A stretch of DNA of 64,000 bases from a candidate division WOR-3 bacterium (GCA_965649205.1 CBFGJV010000011.1:1-64000); one strand, 5' to 3'; positions 49,201 through 60,044 are shown, counted from the first letter of the stretch. Numbers and translations: made by a program. The notes: a model not told the origin generated them from the letters alone.

Positions 49201-49629
49201 ATGCGTTCCGTATGGAAGCTGTCTGTCTTGACCGTCTGTCTGCTTGCGCTTGTGACTGGCTGTCTGAGTCTCAGCGGCGTTAAAGCTGCTTCTGAACCTG
49301 CTCCTCAACAGAAGGTAGTAGAGAGACTTCTTCAGTGGATGATAGACAGGGGAGATGAGGACATCAAGAGTATAATATCTCCACAATGGGTGAAGGAAAA
49401 TCGCGTCAAACTGGAAAAATACAAAATCAACGCTTACGGACCGCAAGATTACAAGATTACGCGGGTACAGAAGACAAAAGTTGTGGCAGAAATTTTTTTC
49501 GTAGGAGGAACGGCACACGAGCTGACTTTTACAGTAAGGAAAGAAGGTGGCAGATCCTACATAGTGCCGGGGGAACGTTCCGAAGGATGGATAGACCCTT
49601 GGACTGAAGTCAGACTGAATGTCCGTTAG
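49201..49629 (+). CDS. Hypothetical exported protein/lipoprotein
   Basis: AAAGGAG RBS, signal peptide with VTGC, upstream TTGACA-17-AATAAT. Confidence 0.7.
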   Translation: MRSVWKLSVLTVCLLALVTGCLSLSGVKAASEPAPQQKVVERLLQWMIDRGDEDIKSIISPQWVKENRVKLEKYKINAYGPQDYKITRVQKTKVVAEIFFVGGTAHELTFTVRKEGGRSYIVPGERSEGWIDPWTEVRLNVR

Positions 49630-50092
49630 CAGAACCAGAATCTCTTGTTCGCGGTAGGACAATATATAGTCAGGAAGTCGTGGTCGTAATTTGCGGGGAG
49701 TCCCCAGTCCACAGGCCGCCTAGGGGGTAGGCAGGAACCAAGAGGGTAGAAACCAGATAACTGCTTGTTATGTTCGATGGTTAGGTGTGCGGTAGCTCCG
49801 GGACGCAGACAGAGATAATGGTACGGCCGAAAAGCTAAGGATAAAGGGGAAACTAGATGGATAGCCTGGTTGAGAAGTTGTAGTTCGCTTCAGGAGAATG
49901 ACATTGAGTGAGGCAATTAAAGCCATGTCTGTTTGCGTGAGGAGAGCATGCAGTTGAGTTCAGAGGAGGATTCAGAACTGTGTTTTCCGGTTCGGGTTCA
50001 TGCGGGGACGCACGAAATTTACAATGAGCAAATAATGCCGAAAGAAGGGGAGTTTGACCAATCGCCAAGTGTCAGTTAGCTTTATTCAGCGT

Positions 50093-50512
50093 ATGGAAGA
50101 AACAGGCACAGTGGTAGGTTTCAGAGGCACGCAGGCGGAAGTTGAAATACCAGCCCGAGGTGAGTGCAGTCATTGTCCGGCACACAGTTTATGCAACTGG
50201 ACCGGTCAGAAAACCAGAATGATTCTGGCTGCGAATGCAGTGCAAGCTCGGCTTGGCGACAGAGTCCTTCTCAGTCTTTCTCCGAAAAGAAAGGTTAGTT
50301 CTAATCTGTTGGTCTTTGGGATTCCGACTCTGGGCATGCTGGTTGGTGTACTTCTAGGCAGTCTGGTTTTTCGGACCGAACTGTGGGCGGGAGTTCTGAC
50401 TGGAGTCGGATTGACGGCCGGTTTCTTATTGGTGAAGCTGATTGATGGACTAGCGGGCAGGTCAGGGAAAATACTGCCGGTAGTTGTTAAAATTCTCAGA
50501 GAGGAAGACTGA
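50093..50512 (+). CDS. rseC: RseC/MucC family protein
   Basis: MEETGTV, CSHC...C, GDRV, two C-terminal TM helices. Confidence 0.85.
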   Translation: MEETGTVVGFRGTQAEVEIPARGECSHCPAHSLCNWTGQKTRMILAANAVQARLGDRVLLSLSPKRKVSSNLLVFGIPTLGMLVGVLLGSLVFRTELWAGVLTGVGLTAGFLLVKLIDGLAGRSGKILPVVVKILREED

Positions 50513-50610
50513 AAAGCGTGTGTTACTCCCTTTGTTTTTCCCGACTATTTTGCCGGATGCGAGAGAGAAGCGGGATGTTGACAGTCTGGGCGAATCAGAT
50601 AGATTAGCCC

Positions 50611-51447
50611 GTGGTGCGCAAAATCGCAGTCTGTAATCAAAAGGGTGGCGTAGGAAAGACTACTACGGCAGTGAATCTGGCTGCTGGCTTGGCGCGGAAA
50701 ACAGGGCAGGTTCTTTTGGTTGACTTAGACCCGCAGGCGCACGCTACAGTGGGACTGGGTTTGAGTCGGGAGGGTTTGTCTCTTTCTGTGTATGACGTGC
50801 TGATAGAGCCGGAGCAGGTGAATGCGGCCATTGTGCGGAATCGGGCGCAGGGACTGGATCTTCTGCCGTCTGCCATTGGTTTGGCTGGAGCAGAGCTGGA
50901 GCTGGCGCAGGCAGACAGCCGTGAGTTCAGGCTGCGCCGGGCGCTTGACCTGGTGGACACAGCCTACGATTTTGTACTTATAGACTGTCCGCCTTCGCTG
51001 GGGCTTCTTACGCTCAACGGTCTGGTTGCTGCTCATGCGTTACTGGTGCCAGTACAGACAGAATATTACGCACTGGAAGGCATTGCCCGGCTGTTGGACA
51101 CGGTCAATTTAGTCCGTGACAGCCTGAATCCAACGTTGGAATTGGAAGGGGTTCTGCTGACAATGTTTTCTTCGCGTTTAACTCTGGCTCAGCAGGTAGC
51201 CGCGGAGATAAGGGGTTTTTTCAAAGGGCAGGTATTTAGCACCGTCATACCTCGCAGTGTAAGATTGGCCGAAGCACCCAGTTTTGGCAAGACTGTGTTC
51301 GACTACGACGGTTCTTCGGCTGGGGCCGCGGCTTACGCAGCGCTGGCGGAAGAAATATTGGCTAAACATGGATACAGGACGGAAGCGCACAAAGAGCAGC
51401 TGGAGGATGTAAACCAGGGAGGAGATAGTGACAGACAGCCAGCGTAG
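50611..51447 (+). CDS. parA: ParA/Soj ATPase
   Basis: NQKGGVGKTTT, DLDPQ, IDCPPSLG, EYYALEG, EAPSFG. Confidence 0.97.
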   Translation: MVRKIAVCNQKGGVGKTTTAVNLAAGLARKTGQVLLVDLDPQAHATVGLGLSREGLSLSVYDVLIEPEQVNAAIVRNRAQGLDLLPSAIGLAGAELELAQADSREFRLRRALDLVDTAYDFVLIDCPPSLGLLTLNGLVAAHALLVPVQTEYYALEGIARLLDTVNLVRDSLNPTLELEGVLLTMFSSRLTLAQQVAAEIRGFFKGQVFSTVIPRSVRLAEAPSFGKTVFDYDGSSAGAAAYAALAEEILAKHGYRTEAHKEQLEDVNQGGDSDRQPA

Positions 51448-52279
51448 GGCTCTGGGCAAGGGCATCCGGGCCATAATACCTGAACCAACGCAAACCTTTT
51501 TGAGTGGGCATACCAGATTCCTGCGTTTGGAGGAAATCAGACCCAATCCCTATCAGCCCCGCCACAAGGTAGAGGACAATCTGAGTGAACTGGTTGCTTC
51601 CATCAAAACCAACGGGCTGCTCCAGCCGGTAGTAGTGAGACGTAGAGGAGACGGGTATGAGTTGGTGATGGGTGAAAGAAGACTGCGAGCTGCCAGACAG
51701 GCCGGGTTGGAACAGATTCCCGCAGTGGTGCGCGAGGCGACCGACAGGGAGATGTTGGAACTGGCTTTGGTGGAAAACTTGCAGCGGTCCAACCTCAACC
51801 CTATTGAGGAAGCGCTTGCCTACCGCCGGTTGGCGGACGAGTTCAAGCTCGATCATGAGGAGATAGCAGTTCGTGTGGGCAAAGACCGTTCCACTGTGAC
51901 TAATGCGCTTCGTCTTCTTACTCTGCCGACAGAGGTAAAAGAGCTGCTGGCTTCGGGTCAGCTCAGTGCGGGACACGGTCGGGCACTTCTCGCCTTGAGT
52001 GACCGCCGGGCGCAGGTGGAGCTGGCGTTGAGGATAGTGAAGGAAGGTTTGTCGGTGCGCCAGGTGGAAAAACTCTGTAGGCGCAAGATTTTGCCTCCGC
52101 GGCACCACTCCGCAGAGCGTGATGTTCACATAGAAGAGCTGGAACATAAACTACAGGAGAGGTTTGGCACCAAGGTTACGATCAGCAGCATCAAGGGCGG
52201 TACAGGTACCATAACTATTTATTACCATTCGCTCCAAGATCTGGAGAGGGTAGTGCGAGAGCTGTTGGGTAAAGGTTAG
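51428..52279 (+). CDS. parB: ParB/Spo0J
   Basis: ALGKG, NPYQPR, GERRLRA, ENLQR, HTH GKDRSTVTN. Confidence 0.97.
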   Translation: MTDSQRRALGKGIRAIIPEPTQTFLSGHTRFLRLEEIRPNPYQPRHKVEDNLSELVASIKTNGLLQPVVVRRRGDGYELVMGERRLRAARQAGLEQIPAVVREATDREMLELALVENLQRSNLNPIEEALAYRRLADEFKLDHEEIAVRVGKDRSTVTNALRLLTLPTEVKELLASGQLSAGHGRALLALSDRRAQVELALRIVKEGLSVRQVEKLCRRKILPPRHHSAERDVHIEELEHKLQERFGTKVTISSIKGGTGTITIYYHSLQDLERVVRELLGKG

Positions 52280-52296
52280 AAAGTAGGGAGTAGCGA

Positions 52297-53040
52297 GTGG
52301 CGAGTAAAAAGGAAATATCGTTTCTGATTACTACCAATTACGATGCGAAGATTATCAAACGTTCTGTTTCTCTTACTACCTTCCGGATTATCCTGGCGGT
52401 TGTTGGCCTAGTAATAGCACTGGTGGCGGCAGGTCTGGTACTGGCCGGAGCCAGCGCGCAGAGAATGACCAGATTGGCTTATTTGGAATACCGCAATAGC
52501 CGGTTGGAAGCGGAGTTTGCGAAGCTGGTTATGCTCCGTCGGCGCCTCGCCGAGTTGGAGGAACAGAGTAAGAGAATGGCAGAGATGCTAGGGGTGGAGC
52601 GAACACCTCCAGAGGTGAACTGGGATGCACCGGCTCTCTCAGCCGAGTCCGGACGCAGCGAGATGAGAGTTCTGGGCGACTTACCTACCATTGTGCCACT
52701 TGACGAGTATGTGCTTTCGCGCGGCTTTAGCAGCCGACATCAGGCAGTGGACTTAGCAGCTCGTTCGGGAACTGCGGTGCATGCGGCAGCAAGGGGAGTG
52801 GTGGCAGACTTGGGTACAGATACGGTTTTTGGTAAGTATGTCTTGTTGCGGCATGCAGAGGGATACGAAACGTATTACGCCCACCTTTCTCTCTGGCGGG
52901 TGAAGACAGGTGATTCGGTACGAGCCGGCCAGGTCGTTGGTGCTGTTGGCTCAACTGGTCAGTCCAGTGCTCCGCATCTGCATTTTGAGATACGTAGATA
53001 TGGTCAGAGGATTGACCCCACTGGGATGATGAAATTCTGA
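52297..53040 (+). CDS. M23 family peptidase
   Basis: N-terminal TM and coiled coil; HQAVD, YAHL, TG.S..PHLHFE. Confidence 0.9.
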   Translation: MASKKEISFLITTNYDAKIIKRSVSLTTFRIILAVVGLVIALVAAGLVLAGASAQRMTRLAYLEYRNSRLEAEFAKLVMLRRRLAELEEQSKRMAEMLGVERTPPEVNWDAPALSAESGRSEMRVLGDLPTIVPLDEYVLSRGFSSRHQAVDLAARSGTAVHAAARGVVADLGTDTVFGKYVLLRHAEGYETYYAHLSLWRVKTGDSVRAGQVVGAVGSTGQSSAPHLHFEIRRYGQRIDPTGMMKF

Positions 53041-53065
53041 ACCAGAGGAATTAGGGAGGACACTA

Positions 53066-54319
53066 ATGAAAAGAGAATTACTCCTAGGGTTTTTACTACT
53101 GCTGGGAGCGGTCTGTAAGCCCACTGGCCAGAAGGTGAAAGTGACTTTCTGGCACGCCATGGGCGGAGAATCGCAGAAGACATTGAAGACGATGGTGGAA
53201 GAGTTTGAAAAAGAGAATCCAGATATTCAGATAGAGCTGATTGGCATGGGTAATTATGATGCCTTAGCGCAGAAGCTGATGGGTGCAGTTGCAGCCAAGG
53301 AGCCGCCGACTATAGCCCAGATGTATGAAAACTGGACTACGCAACTGCACGCCAGTGGAGAACTGGTATTCCTAGACAGCTTTGTGCGAGGTCCGGATGG
53401 TCTGAGTGCAGAAGAGCTGGTAGATATCTATCCGGCACTCTTGGAGAACAATACTTGGGATGGCAAGCTGCTCACCCTGCCTTTTAACAAATCGGTGCCA
53501 GTTTATTACTACAACGTGCCGATGTTTGAACAGGCAGGTTACAAAGAGTTTCCTCGCACCTGGCCGGTATTCCGTCAGGCGGTAAACAGGCTGACGAAGC
53601 GAGACGCGGCAGGTAACACCGAGGTATGGGGCACGGCTGGAGGCACAGACATTTGGATATTCGGCTCCATGCTCTTTCAGAAGAACAGTCGCTTTTTGGA
53701 CAAGGAAGACGGCGAACCGGAGTTTAACGGCCCGGCCGGCGTAGAGGTACTTTCATTTCAAGTAGAAATGGTACTAAAGGATAAGGTGCAAACTGTGGCG
53801 CCGGGACGCGCGCCCATGGACGACTTTCTCGTAGGCAGAATTGCTTGTCTGACGGGCAGTTCCACTTGGCGGGCGCCGATAGTGGATAAAGAACCATTCA
53901 AAGTGGGCATGGCGCCTATTCCTATATGGGATAAGCCGGCGGCTATCATCTATGGCACCAACATTGGTATGTTCCGTCGGGCGAAGCCTCAAGAAAAGGC
54001 AGCAGCTTGGAGATTTATCAAATGGTTCATTTCACCAGAACAGCAGGTGAAATGGTCTCTGGGCACCTGGTATGTGCCGATTCAGCGCAGTTGTTTGAAC
54101 GACCCGAGACTGAAGGAACGCATGGCCACTACTCCAGGTCTGGCTGCAGCCTATGGGCAGATGGATTATGCGGTATTCGAGCCCAGGGGATTGAAGTGGT
54201 TGGCAGGTCGCAAGGCGTTGGTGGAGGAGTTGGAGCAGGCAATGTTGGGAGCGAAAACTCCCCAGCAGGCTTTGGATGATGCGGCCAGGCGGTACAAAGG
54301 GGAGGGAGGGGAGAAATAA
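53066..54319 (+). CDS. Sugar/glycerol-phosphate ABC substrate-binding lipoprotein
   Basis: VTFWHAM, LPFNKS..YYN, AAW.FIKW. Confidence 0.88.
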   Translation: MKRELLLGFLLLLGAVCKPTGQKVKVTFWHAMGGESQKTLKTMVEEFEKENPDIQIELIGMGNYDALAQKLMGAVAAKEPPTIAQMYENWTTQLHASGELVFLDSFVRGPDGLSAEELVDIYPALLENNTWDGKLLTLPFNKSVPVYYYNVPMFEQAGYKEFPRTWPVFRQAVNRLTKRDAAGNTEVWGTAGGTDIWIFGSMLFQKNSRFLDKEDGEPEFNGPAGVEVLSFQVEMVLKDKVQTVAPGRAPMDDFLVGRIACLTGSSTWRAPIVDKEPFKVGMAPIPIWDKPAAIIYGTNIGMFRRAKPQEKAAAWRFIKWFISPEQQVKWSLGTWYVPIQRSCLNDPRLKERMATTPGLAAAYGQMDYAVFEPRGLKWLAGRKALVEELEQAMLGAKTPQQALDDAARRYKGEGGEK

Positions 54320-54345
54320 AGGGTTAAAGGGTAAAGAGTGGCTGT

Positions 54346-55131
54346 TCAGTATTCCACGCTTTCCAGTACCAAACCGTGGGAGGGGGCGGTTGGAAAAGGT
54401 CGGTGTTTGTGCCCAGCAAGGGCAGCGCGAATGTCAGTCAGGGTAATGCTACTAGCACCGTAGGCAACTGCAGCACCAACAATTCTTCTGACCATCTTGT
54501 ATAGAAATCTGTCGCCTCGGATAGTTATGATTAGTTCGTCTTCGGGTGTGAGCAGGTCAAGACAATAGAGTGTGCAGTATGCCGGCCGAGAAGGCAGATG
54601 AAGATGACAGAAGTTCCCGAAATCGTGTCGGCCGGAAAAAAGTTGCAGAGCGCGGCATAACCGTTCTGTCTGTACGGGCAGACGGAATTCCCAATAGCGG
54701 GATGCGCGGAGAGGAGAGCGGCCGAGTACGACAAAATAGCGGTAAGTTTTGCTTTTGGCACTGTAGCGGGCATGGAATTCCACCGGTGCCAATTCTGCGT
54801 GTTTAATCAGAATCTCCCGGGGTAGGTGGAAATTGAGCGCCCGGCAGATTTGCTGAGTGGTTAGACGAGAGCTCGTTTGGAAGTTGGCCACGTAGTTACG
54901 GGCAGAGACGCCCGCGTCGGTACGAGAACAACCGTAAACGGTAACATGTTCACCAAGCAATTTGGTTAAAGCAGCTTGCAACTCTCCCTGTACAGTGCGG
55001 TGATGGGGTTGATACTGCCAACCGGCAAATCCGGAGCCATCAAATTCCAGAACCAGACGAATGTTCTGGAGCGAACGCAAAGAAAGGGTTTTGGCAGGCG
55101 GAACTGAAGGTGCTATTCCTTTGTCAGGCAC
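54346..55131 (-). CDS. truA: tRNA pseudouridine(38-40) synthase
   Basis: FDGSGFAGWQ, SRTDAGV, FHAR, FLYKMVR. GTG start at 55131 assumed. Confidence 0.93.
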   Translation of the reverse strand: MPDKGIAPSVPPAKTLSLRSLQNIRLVLEFDGSGFAGWQYQPHHRTVQGELQAALTKLLGEHVTVYGCSRTDAGVSARNYVANFQTSSRLTTQQICRALNFHLPREILIKHAELAPVEFHARYSAKSKTYRYFVVLGRSPLRASRYWEFRLPVQTERLCRALQLFSGRHDFGNFCHLHLPSRPAYCTLYCLDLLTPEDELIITIRGDRFLYKMVRRIVGAAVAYGASSITLTDIRAALAGHKHRPFPTAPSHGLVLESVEY

Positions 55132-55490
55132 TTCATACAGAATCGGGCATAGGGGACCACATTCAGGCGAGCCCGGGAAATGGGTTCCCCGCATTTTTCA
55201 CAGGTGCCGTAAGTTCCTGCAGAGAGACGACATAGTGCGTCGTCTATCTCGCGCAGGGTCTCACTTTCCAGCGAACGCAGGCGGGAAGCAAGCTCACGCT
55301 GGTAGTTCTCCGTACCCTGGTCTGCAGTGTGGGTACGGTGCCGGGAGAGATCGCCTGTAGCTTCGGGACCGCAGGATTCCATAATTTTCTCGGCTATGCT
55401 TCCCTGTTTGAGTATACGGCGTTTTTCAGCCAGTAATTGCCTTTCGTACTTGACCAGTTCTGTTTTGGTGAGTTTTTTGCGTCTATTCAT
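55113..55490 (-). CDS. TraR/DksA C4 zinc-finger protein
   Basis: HTADQG, GTYGTCEKCG, RL..VP..RFCMKC. Confidence 0.9.
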   Translation of the reverse strand: MNRRKKLTKTELVKYERQLLAEKRRILKQGSIAEKIMESCGPEATGDLSRHRTHTADQGTENYQRELASRLRSLESETLREIDDALCRLSAGTYGTCEKCGEPISRARLNVVPYARFCMKCLTKE

Positions 55491-58432
55491 TGTCCTATCC
55501 GTTTGAGAGCCAATTGCGCCGGCTCTGCGTTTATCTTTACTTCGGACACAATTTCCGCATCAGGCAGCGACTCCGGGGTAACACGGAGCGCAAGTGTCTC
55601 ACGACTAATGTAATCTTTGAATTCCTCTATCGCTTCTGTCAGCCGTGGACTGGCGGTACAGTGCAGGAAGATACGGTCGGTGACATCAAAACCTGCCTGC
55701 TTACGCAGGTTTTGGACACGGTGTACCAGTTCGCGTGCCAGACCTTCGTTTTCCAGCTGCCGGGTAAGCTTGGTGTTAACCCCTACTATTCTTTCTCCCT
55801 GTTCGGCCACGACAAAATCTGCCGGGAAAAGATTGGCATCAGTGAACAGCAATTCCCGTACATTCAATTCTTCCTTGATGTCATCGGCATGACGGAGGAA
55901 AATCTCCTGCTCTTCGGGATGGCTGAGTCGGATGATGCACGAGGAGAGAGGTTGACGAACCTTGAGGCGAGCCTTTTCCCGTGCCGCCCGGCCCAGGGAA
56001 ACAACAGTCTGGATTAGTTTCACTTCTTCCTCCAGGGCTGGGTTGATCAGTTTCTCGTCTGGTTCCGGATAGGGGCAAAGGTGGACGGATTCCACCGCGG
56101 CCGAATTCCAGGACCGTACCAGATTCTGATACATTTCTTCCGTAAGAAAGGGCATGATAGGCGCTATCAGTCTGATTAGGGTCTCCAGACAGGAATAGAG
56201 TGTATGATAGGCAGCCAGTTTGTCCGTGTCGTGCGCAGACTTCCAGAAGCGACGGCGACTACGACGCACATACCACAGAGAAAGGTCATCTACAAACGAT
56301 TCTACGGCGCGCGGAACCGCAGCCGGGTCATAATCGTCCAGCCGCTCGCGAGTGAACTTCACCAGAGAGTGCAGTCGGGATAGAATCCAGCGGTCAAGAA
56401 GAGCAAGAGATTCGGGATGAGGGAAAGGGGGGCGGGGGACAAAGTCGTCAATGTTGGCATAGGTGACAAAAAAGCTGTACACGTTCCAGAGTGTAAGAAG
56501 CTTTCGCTCTGCTTCCCGACCGGCCCCATAGCCAAAACACAGGTTCTGCGCAGGGTTCTGACTGGTAAAAACCCAGCGCATAACATCCGCGCCCATTTTC
56601 TCTACCGCTTCCTCTACTTCAATGGCATTGCCCCAGGACTTGTGCATCTCCCGGCCATCTTCTGCCTTCATGGTAGCGTAGCCCAGAACAGTGCGAAATG
56701 GCGCCCGGTTTTCCAGGACGGTAGACATCGCTAGAATGGCATAGAACCAGTTGCGGAACTGGCCGGGAAAGGATTCGGTAATGAAATCAAAGGGAAACCA
56801 TTCCTGCCAGTAGGCCCGATTGGTGAGATAGTGGGTGGTGGAGAAAGGCACGATGCCGGCATCCAGCCAGGGATTGCCTACGTCCTTTATGCGCGGTACG
56901 GGTCGGCCGCATCGTTCGCACTTCACTCTTACCGCGTCTATCCAGGGACGGTGCGGCGTGTGTCCGGCAAACTGTTCCCAGCCTTCTACACAGCGCGCCT
57001 GCAGTTCTTCACGGGAACCGATGACGTCAAACCAGCCGCATTCGCACTTGAAGATAGGCAGAGCCAGACCCCAGTAGCGCTTCTTGGAAATGCACCAATC
57101 TGCCATATTACGCAGCCAGTCCAGCTCTCGCTCCAGTCCGAACTCAGGAATCCAGCGTACCTGCCGGGCAGATTCCATAATCGGCTCGCGCAGTGGGTCC
57201 ATGCGGATGAACCACTCATCCACCAAGCGGAATACGAGTTCCTGTCCACATCGCCAACACACCGGGTAACGATGCGTATAGTCCTCTACCCGGAAAAGCA
57301 GACCTTTCTTTTTCAGGTCTGCAAAAATTTCTTCCGCTACTGCAGCCGAGTTTTTACCTGCCAGCCAGCCGAATTCAGGACGGAAGGTACCGTCTTCCTG
57401 CAGCGGGGCAATTACTGCTAGACCTAGCTCTTTGCCTAGAAGGAAGTCCTCTTTCCCGCAGCCGGGCGCAATGTGGACTATACCTGTCCCCTCACCTGCG
57501 CTGACTTCGTCCCAGGGGATTACACGATGCTCTACACCGTTCTGCGGCGCAAGCTCGTCATAAGGACCGCAATAAGTCAGACCAAGTAGTCCTTCGCCTT
57601 TTATTTTTTCTACAATACTGGCGTCCTTACCTAGTACAGTGGAAAGCAGGGGCTCGGCCAAAATGTAGATGGCGTTCTCGTAGCGGGCACGGACATATGT
57701 GAGTTCCGGGTGCACCGCGGCGGCAACATTAGAAGTAAGGGTCCATGGTGTAGTTGTCCAGACCAGAAGGTATTCATTCTTCCGTTCACACAAGGGAAAA
57801 CGTAGATATACAGCTTTATGAGTCAGTTCGCGATAGCCTTCTGTGACTATCTCCTGGTCGGAAATGGCAGTGCCACAGCGTGCACACCAGGGCATTACAT
57901 CCGTGCCTTCGTAGATGAGACCGCGTTCATGGCATTTCTTCAGGAAGTACCAGATGGAATAGTTGTTTTCTTCAGACATCGTGTAATAGGAATTCTCCCA
58001 GTCCATCCATTGGCCGATGCGGATGGACTGCTGGGTTTGTATGCGAGAGTACTTCTGTACCCGTTCTTTGCACTTTTCTATGAACCGGTCTATGCCCATT
58101 CTCTCTATGTCGCGTTTAGAGCGGAATCCCAGTTCCTTTTCAACTTCTACTTCTACCCATAGTCCTTGGCAGTCGAAGCCGTTTTGGAAACGCTGGTCGT
58201 ACCCGTTCATGGCTTTATAGCGTTGAAACAGGTCCTTATAGGTGCGACCCCACGCATGGTGTACGCCCATGGGACCGTTGGCAGTTATGGGACCGTCCAG
58301 GAAGCGGAACTTCTTAGTGCTGCCACGGTTGCGCTCCATCAGCTTGGCAAAACAACGGTTCTTGTCCCAGAATTCCAAGATACGCTTTTCTATCTCGGGA
58401 TGATGGGGGTGCCGGGGAACTGGAGTAAACAT
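55487..58432 (-). CDS. ileS: Isoleucine-tRNA ligase, type 2, with non-canonical GVHH/EMHKS motifs
   Basis: DGPITANG, WTTTPWT, GTGIVH, WCISK.RYWG, EG.ARE...Q..RK C-terminus. Confidence 0.96.
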   Translation of the reverse strand: MFTPVPRHPHHPEIEKRILEFWDKNRCFAKLMERNRGSTKKFRFLDGPITANGPMGVHHAWGRTYKDLFQRYKAMNGYDQRFQNGFDCQGLWVEVEVEKELGFRSKRDIERMGIDRFIEKCKERVQKYSRIQTQQSIRIGQWMDWENSYYTMSEENNYSIWYFLKKCHERGLIYEGTDVMPWCARCGTAISDQEIVTEGYRELTHKAVYLRFPLCERKNEYLLVWTTTPWTLTSNVAAAVHPELTYVRARYENAIYILAEPLLSTVLGKDASIVEKIKGEGLLGLTYCGPYDELAPQNGVEHRVIPWDEVSAGEGTGIVHIAPGCGKEDFLLGKELGLAVIAPLQEDGTFRPEFGWLAGKNSAAVAEEIFADLKKKGLLFRVEDYTHRYPVCWRCGQELVFRLVDEWFIRMDPLREPIMESARQVRWIPEFGLERELDWLRNMADWCISKKRYWGLALPIFKCECGWFDVIGSREELQARCVEGWEQFAGHTPHRPWIDAVRVKCERCGRPVPRIKDVGNPWLDAGIVPFSTTHYLTNRAYWQEWFPFDFITESFPGQFRNWFYAILAMSTVLENRAPFRTVLGYATMKAEDGREMHKSWGNAIEVEEAVEKMGADVMRWVFTSQNPAQNLCFGYGAGREAERKLLTLWNVYSFFVTYANIDDFVPRPPFPHPESLALLDRWILSRLHSLVKFTRERLDDYDPAAVPRAVESFVDDLSLWYVRRSRRRFWKSAHDTDKLAAYHTLYSCLETLIRLIAPIMPFLTEEMYQNLVRSWNSAAVESVHLCPYPEPDEKLINPALEEEVKLIQTVVSLGRAAREKARLKVRQPLSSCIIRLSHPEEQEIFLRHADDIKEELNVRELLFTDANLFPADFVVAEQGERIVGVNTKLTRQLENEGLARELVHRVQNLRKQAGFDVTDRIFLHCTASPRLTEAIEEFKDYISRETLALRVTPESLPDAEIVSEVKINAEPAQLALKRIGQ

Positions 58433-58502
58433 CAGTATTCAGCCTCCGCAATGGTTAGTACTCGAAGCGCGTAATTCTCAGTTGAAAACATAGTGTTCAT
58501 TT

Positions 58503-60044
58503 CTATCGGGCTCTCCCCGTGTTACGCGCATCTGCCTGGAACATGGGCCAAGGCGAAGCAGCAGGACCACCACCGGAGCCACGTATACACCAGGCCGCAA
58601 GGCCATTGCCCACATAGATGTTCCCTTCGTCGTCCAGCTTGGGCGAGGAAATAAACTCGGCTGAATAGCCTTCTCCGAGAGCACAAGCCCAGCGTCGAGT
58701 ACCATCGCTGTTTACGGCATACAGAGAGTCTGAACTGGCAGCAAGAAATCTGTTCTTTTTGCCCAGCGTGGCGAGAAAGTAGATAACCCCTGTGCTGGCT
58801 ACAGCAGGAGTGGAGATTACCGCTCCCAGCATAGGAGACCGATAAATCCACAGGAGGCTACCGTCGCTTGGTCTCAGGGCGAGTAGTCTTCCGCTCGTTC
58901 CCACATAGACAGTATGATCGAGGCCGACGACTGGGGAAGACGGCTGGTCTCCTACCAGTACCTGCCAGTTTTCTGTGCCGTCAATCAGGTTTACGGAAGC
59001 AAGTCGTCCGTCCTCGTCTGCGACATATATCACGCCCAGGGAGTCGTCAATGGCGGGGGAAGCATCAATCTGGCTGGTGGAAAGACCATAGACCCATTTT
59101 CTGACGCCGCTGTAGGGGTCCAGGGCATACAAGCTACCAAGCTGGCTGGCCACATATACGGTGCCGTCTTTGCCAATTACTGGTGAGCTGTATCCCCCTC
59201 CGGTGCGATGCGACCACAATCGTTGCCCATTTGTCGATGTGACAGCTAGAAGTGAATCTCCGTTAGTGTGGATGTACACCGTCCCACCGGTACTGATGGC
59301 GGCGGTGGCCATTACTTCCTCGCCGATGTAGATGGTCCATTTCCTGGTACCGTCCGCATTAATAGCATAGAAAGAATCATTGGCGCAGCTTATGTAGATG
59401 GTACCATCATCGTCAATAGCAGGAGCTGGGTAAAACTCGTTTTCGTCCAAGTCAATGAATTCCCAGCGGCGTGTACCATCCAGTCGCCGACAATTCAGGG
59501 CACCGTATTCGCAGCCGATATAGGCTGCATCCCGGGTTTGGTCCAAACCGAAAGTATTCAGGCTGAATTCGGCGGAGTCCTGGGGGTCTTCCGGGTCAGT
59601 ATACGTAAAACTCCAGCGGATGTTTCCTTCTGTGGGGTCTGCGGTAACAGACAAGGGGTCAGACCAGCCTGAGCTTCTTCTGGCGTTGCGGGCGCGGACT
59701 CTGATGCTGTAGCGGCCCGGCACGGTATAGGTGTGAGTATCGGCAAAGGCCTGGCCGCCGGCAACAAAAGTTGACCAGGGGGAGCGGGTACCGTCACCCC
59801 AGTCGAACATATATGACACTTCTGCTCCTGTCGGGTCTGAGGTCTGGGTGGTGCAGGCATATACTGCCCCGACTGTGGCGTGTGCGGGCCCGCGGGGAAT
59901 TTCGGGTACCAGGGGTGCGCGGCCGCAGGCAGTTAGGAAAAAGAAAGCTGCAGCCAAGAGCAATGTGGTAACCTGCTGATATTTTGAGGTTGCCGTCGGT
60001 AACGGGTCTGGTCGTGCCCAGTTTTTGCTTCCAGTAAGCCTCAT
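58503..60044 (-). CDS. Lipoprotein: PKD-like domain plus PQQ/BamB-like beta-propeller
   Basis: Lipobox LTAC, FDWGDG, repeated SSP..DG.VY...L.A...G..W, WPMFQ tail. Confidence 0.85.
   Translation of the reverse strand: MRLTGSKNWARPDPLPTATSKYQQVTTLLLAAAFFFLTACGRAPLVPEIPRGPAHATVGAVYACTTQTSDPTGAEVSYMFDWGDGTRSPWSTFVAGGQAFADTHTYTVPGRYSIRVRARNARRSSGWSDPLSVTADPTEGNIRWSFTYTDPEDPQDSAEFSLNTFGLDQTRDAAYIGCEYGALNCRRLDGTRRWEFIDLDENEFYPAPAIDDDGTIYISCANDSFYAINADGTRKWTIYIGEEVMATAAISTGGTVYIHTNGDSLLAVTSTNGQRLWSHRTGGGYSSPVIGKDGTVYVASQLGSLYALDPYSGVRKWVYGLSTSQIDASPAIDDSLGVIYVADEDGRLASVNLIDGTENWQVLVGDQPSSPVVGLDHTVYVGTSGRLLALRPSDGSLLWIYRSPMLGAVISTPAVASTGVIYFLATLGKKNRFLAASSDSLYAVNSDGTRRWACALGEGYSAEFISSPKLDDEGNIYVGNGLAAWCIRGSGGGPAASPWPMFQADARNTGRAR

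Noticed and set aside
49630..53040. parS sites or oriC near parAB
   Set aside because: No TGTTTCACGTGAAACA-like palindrome or DnaA-box cluster found.
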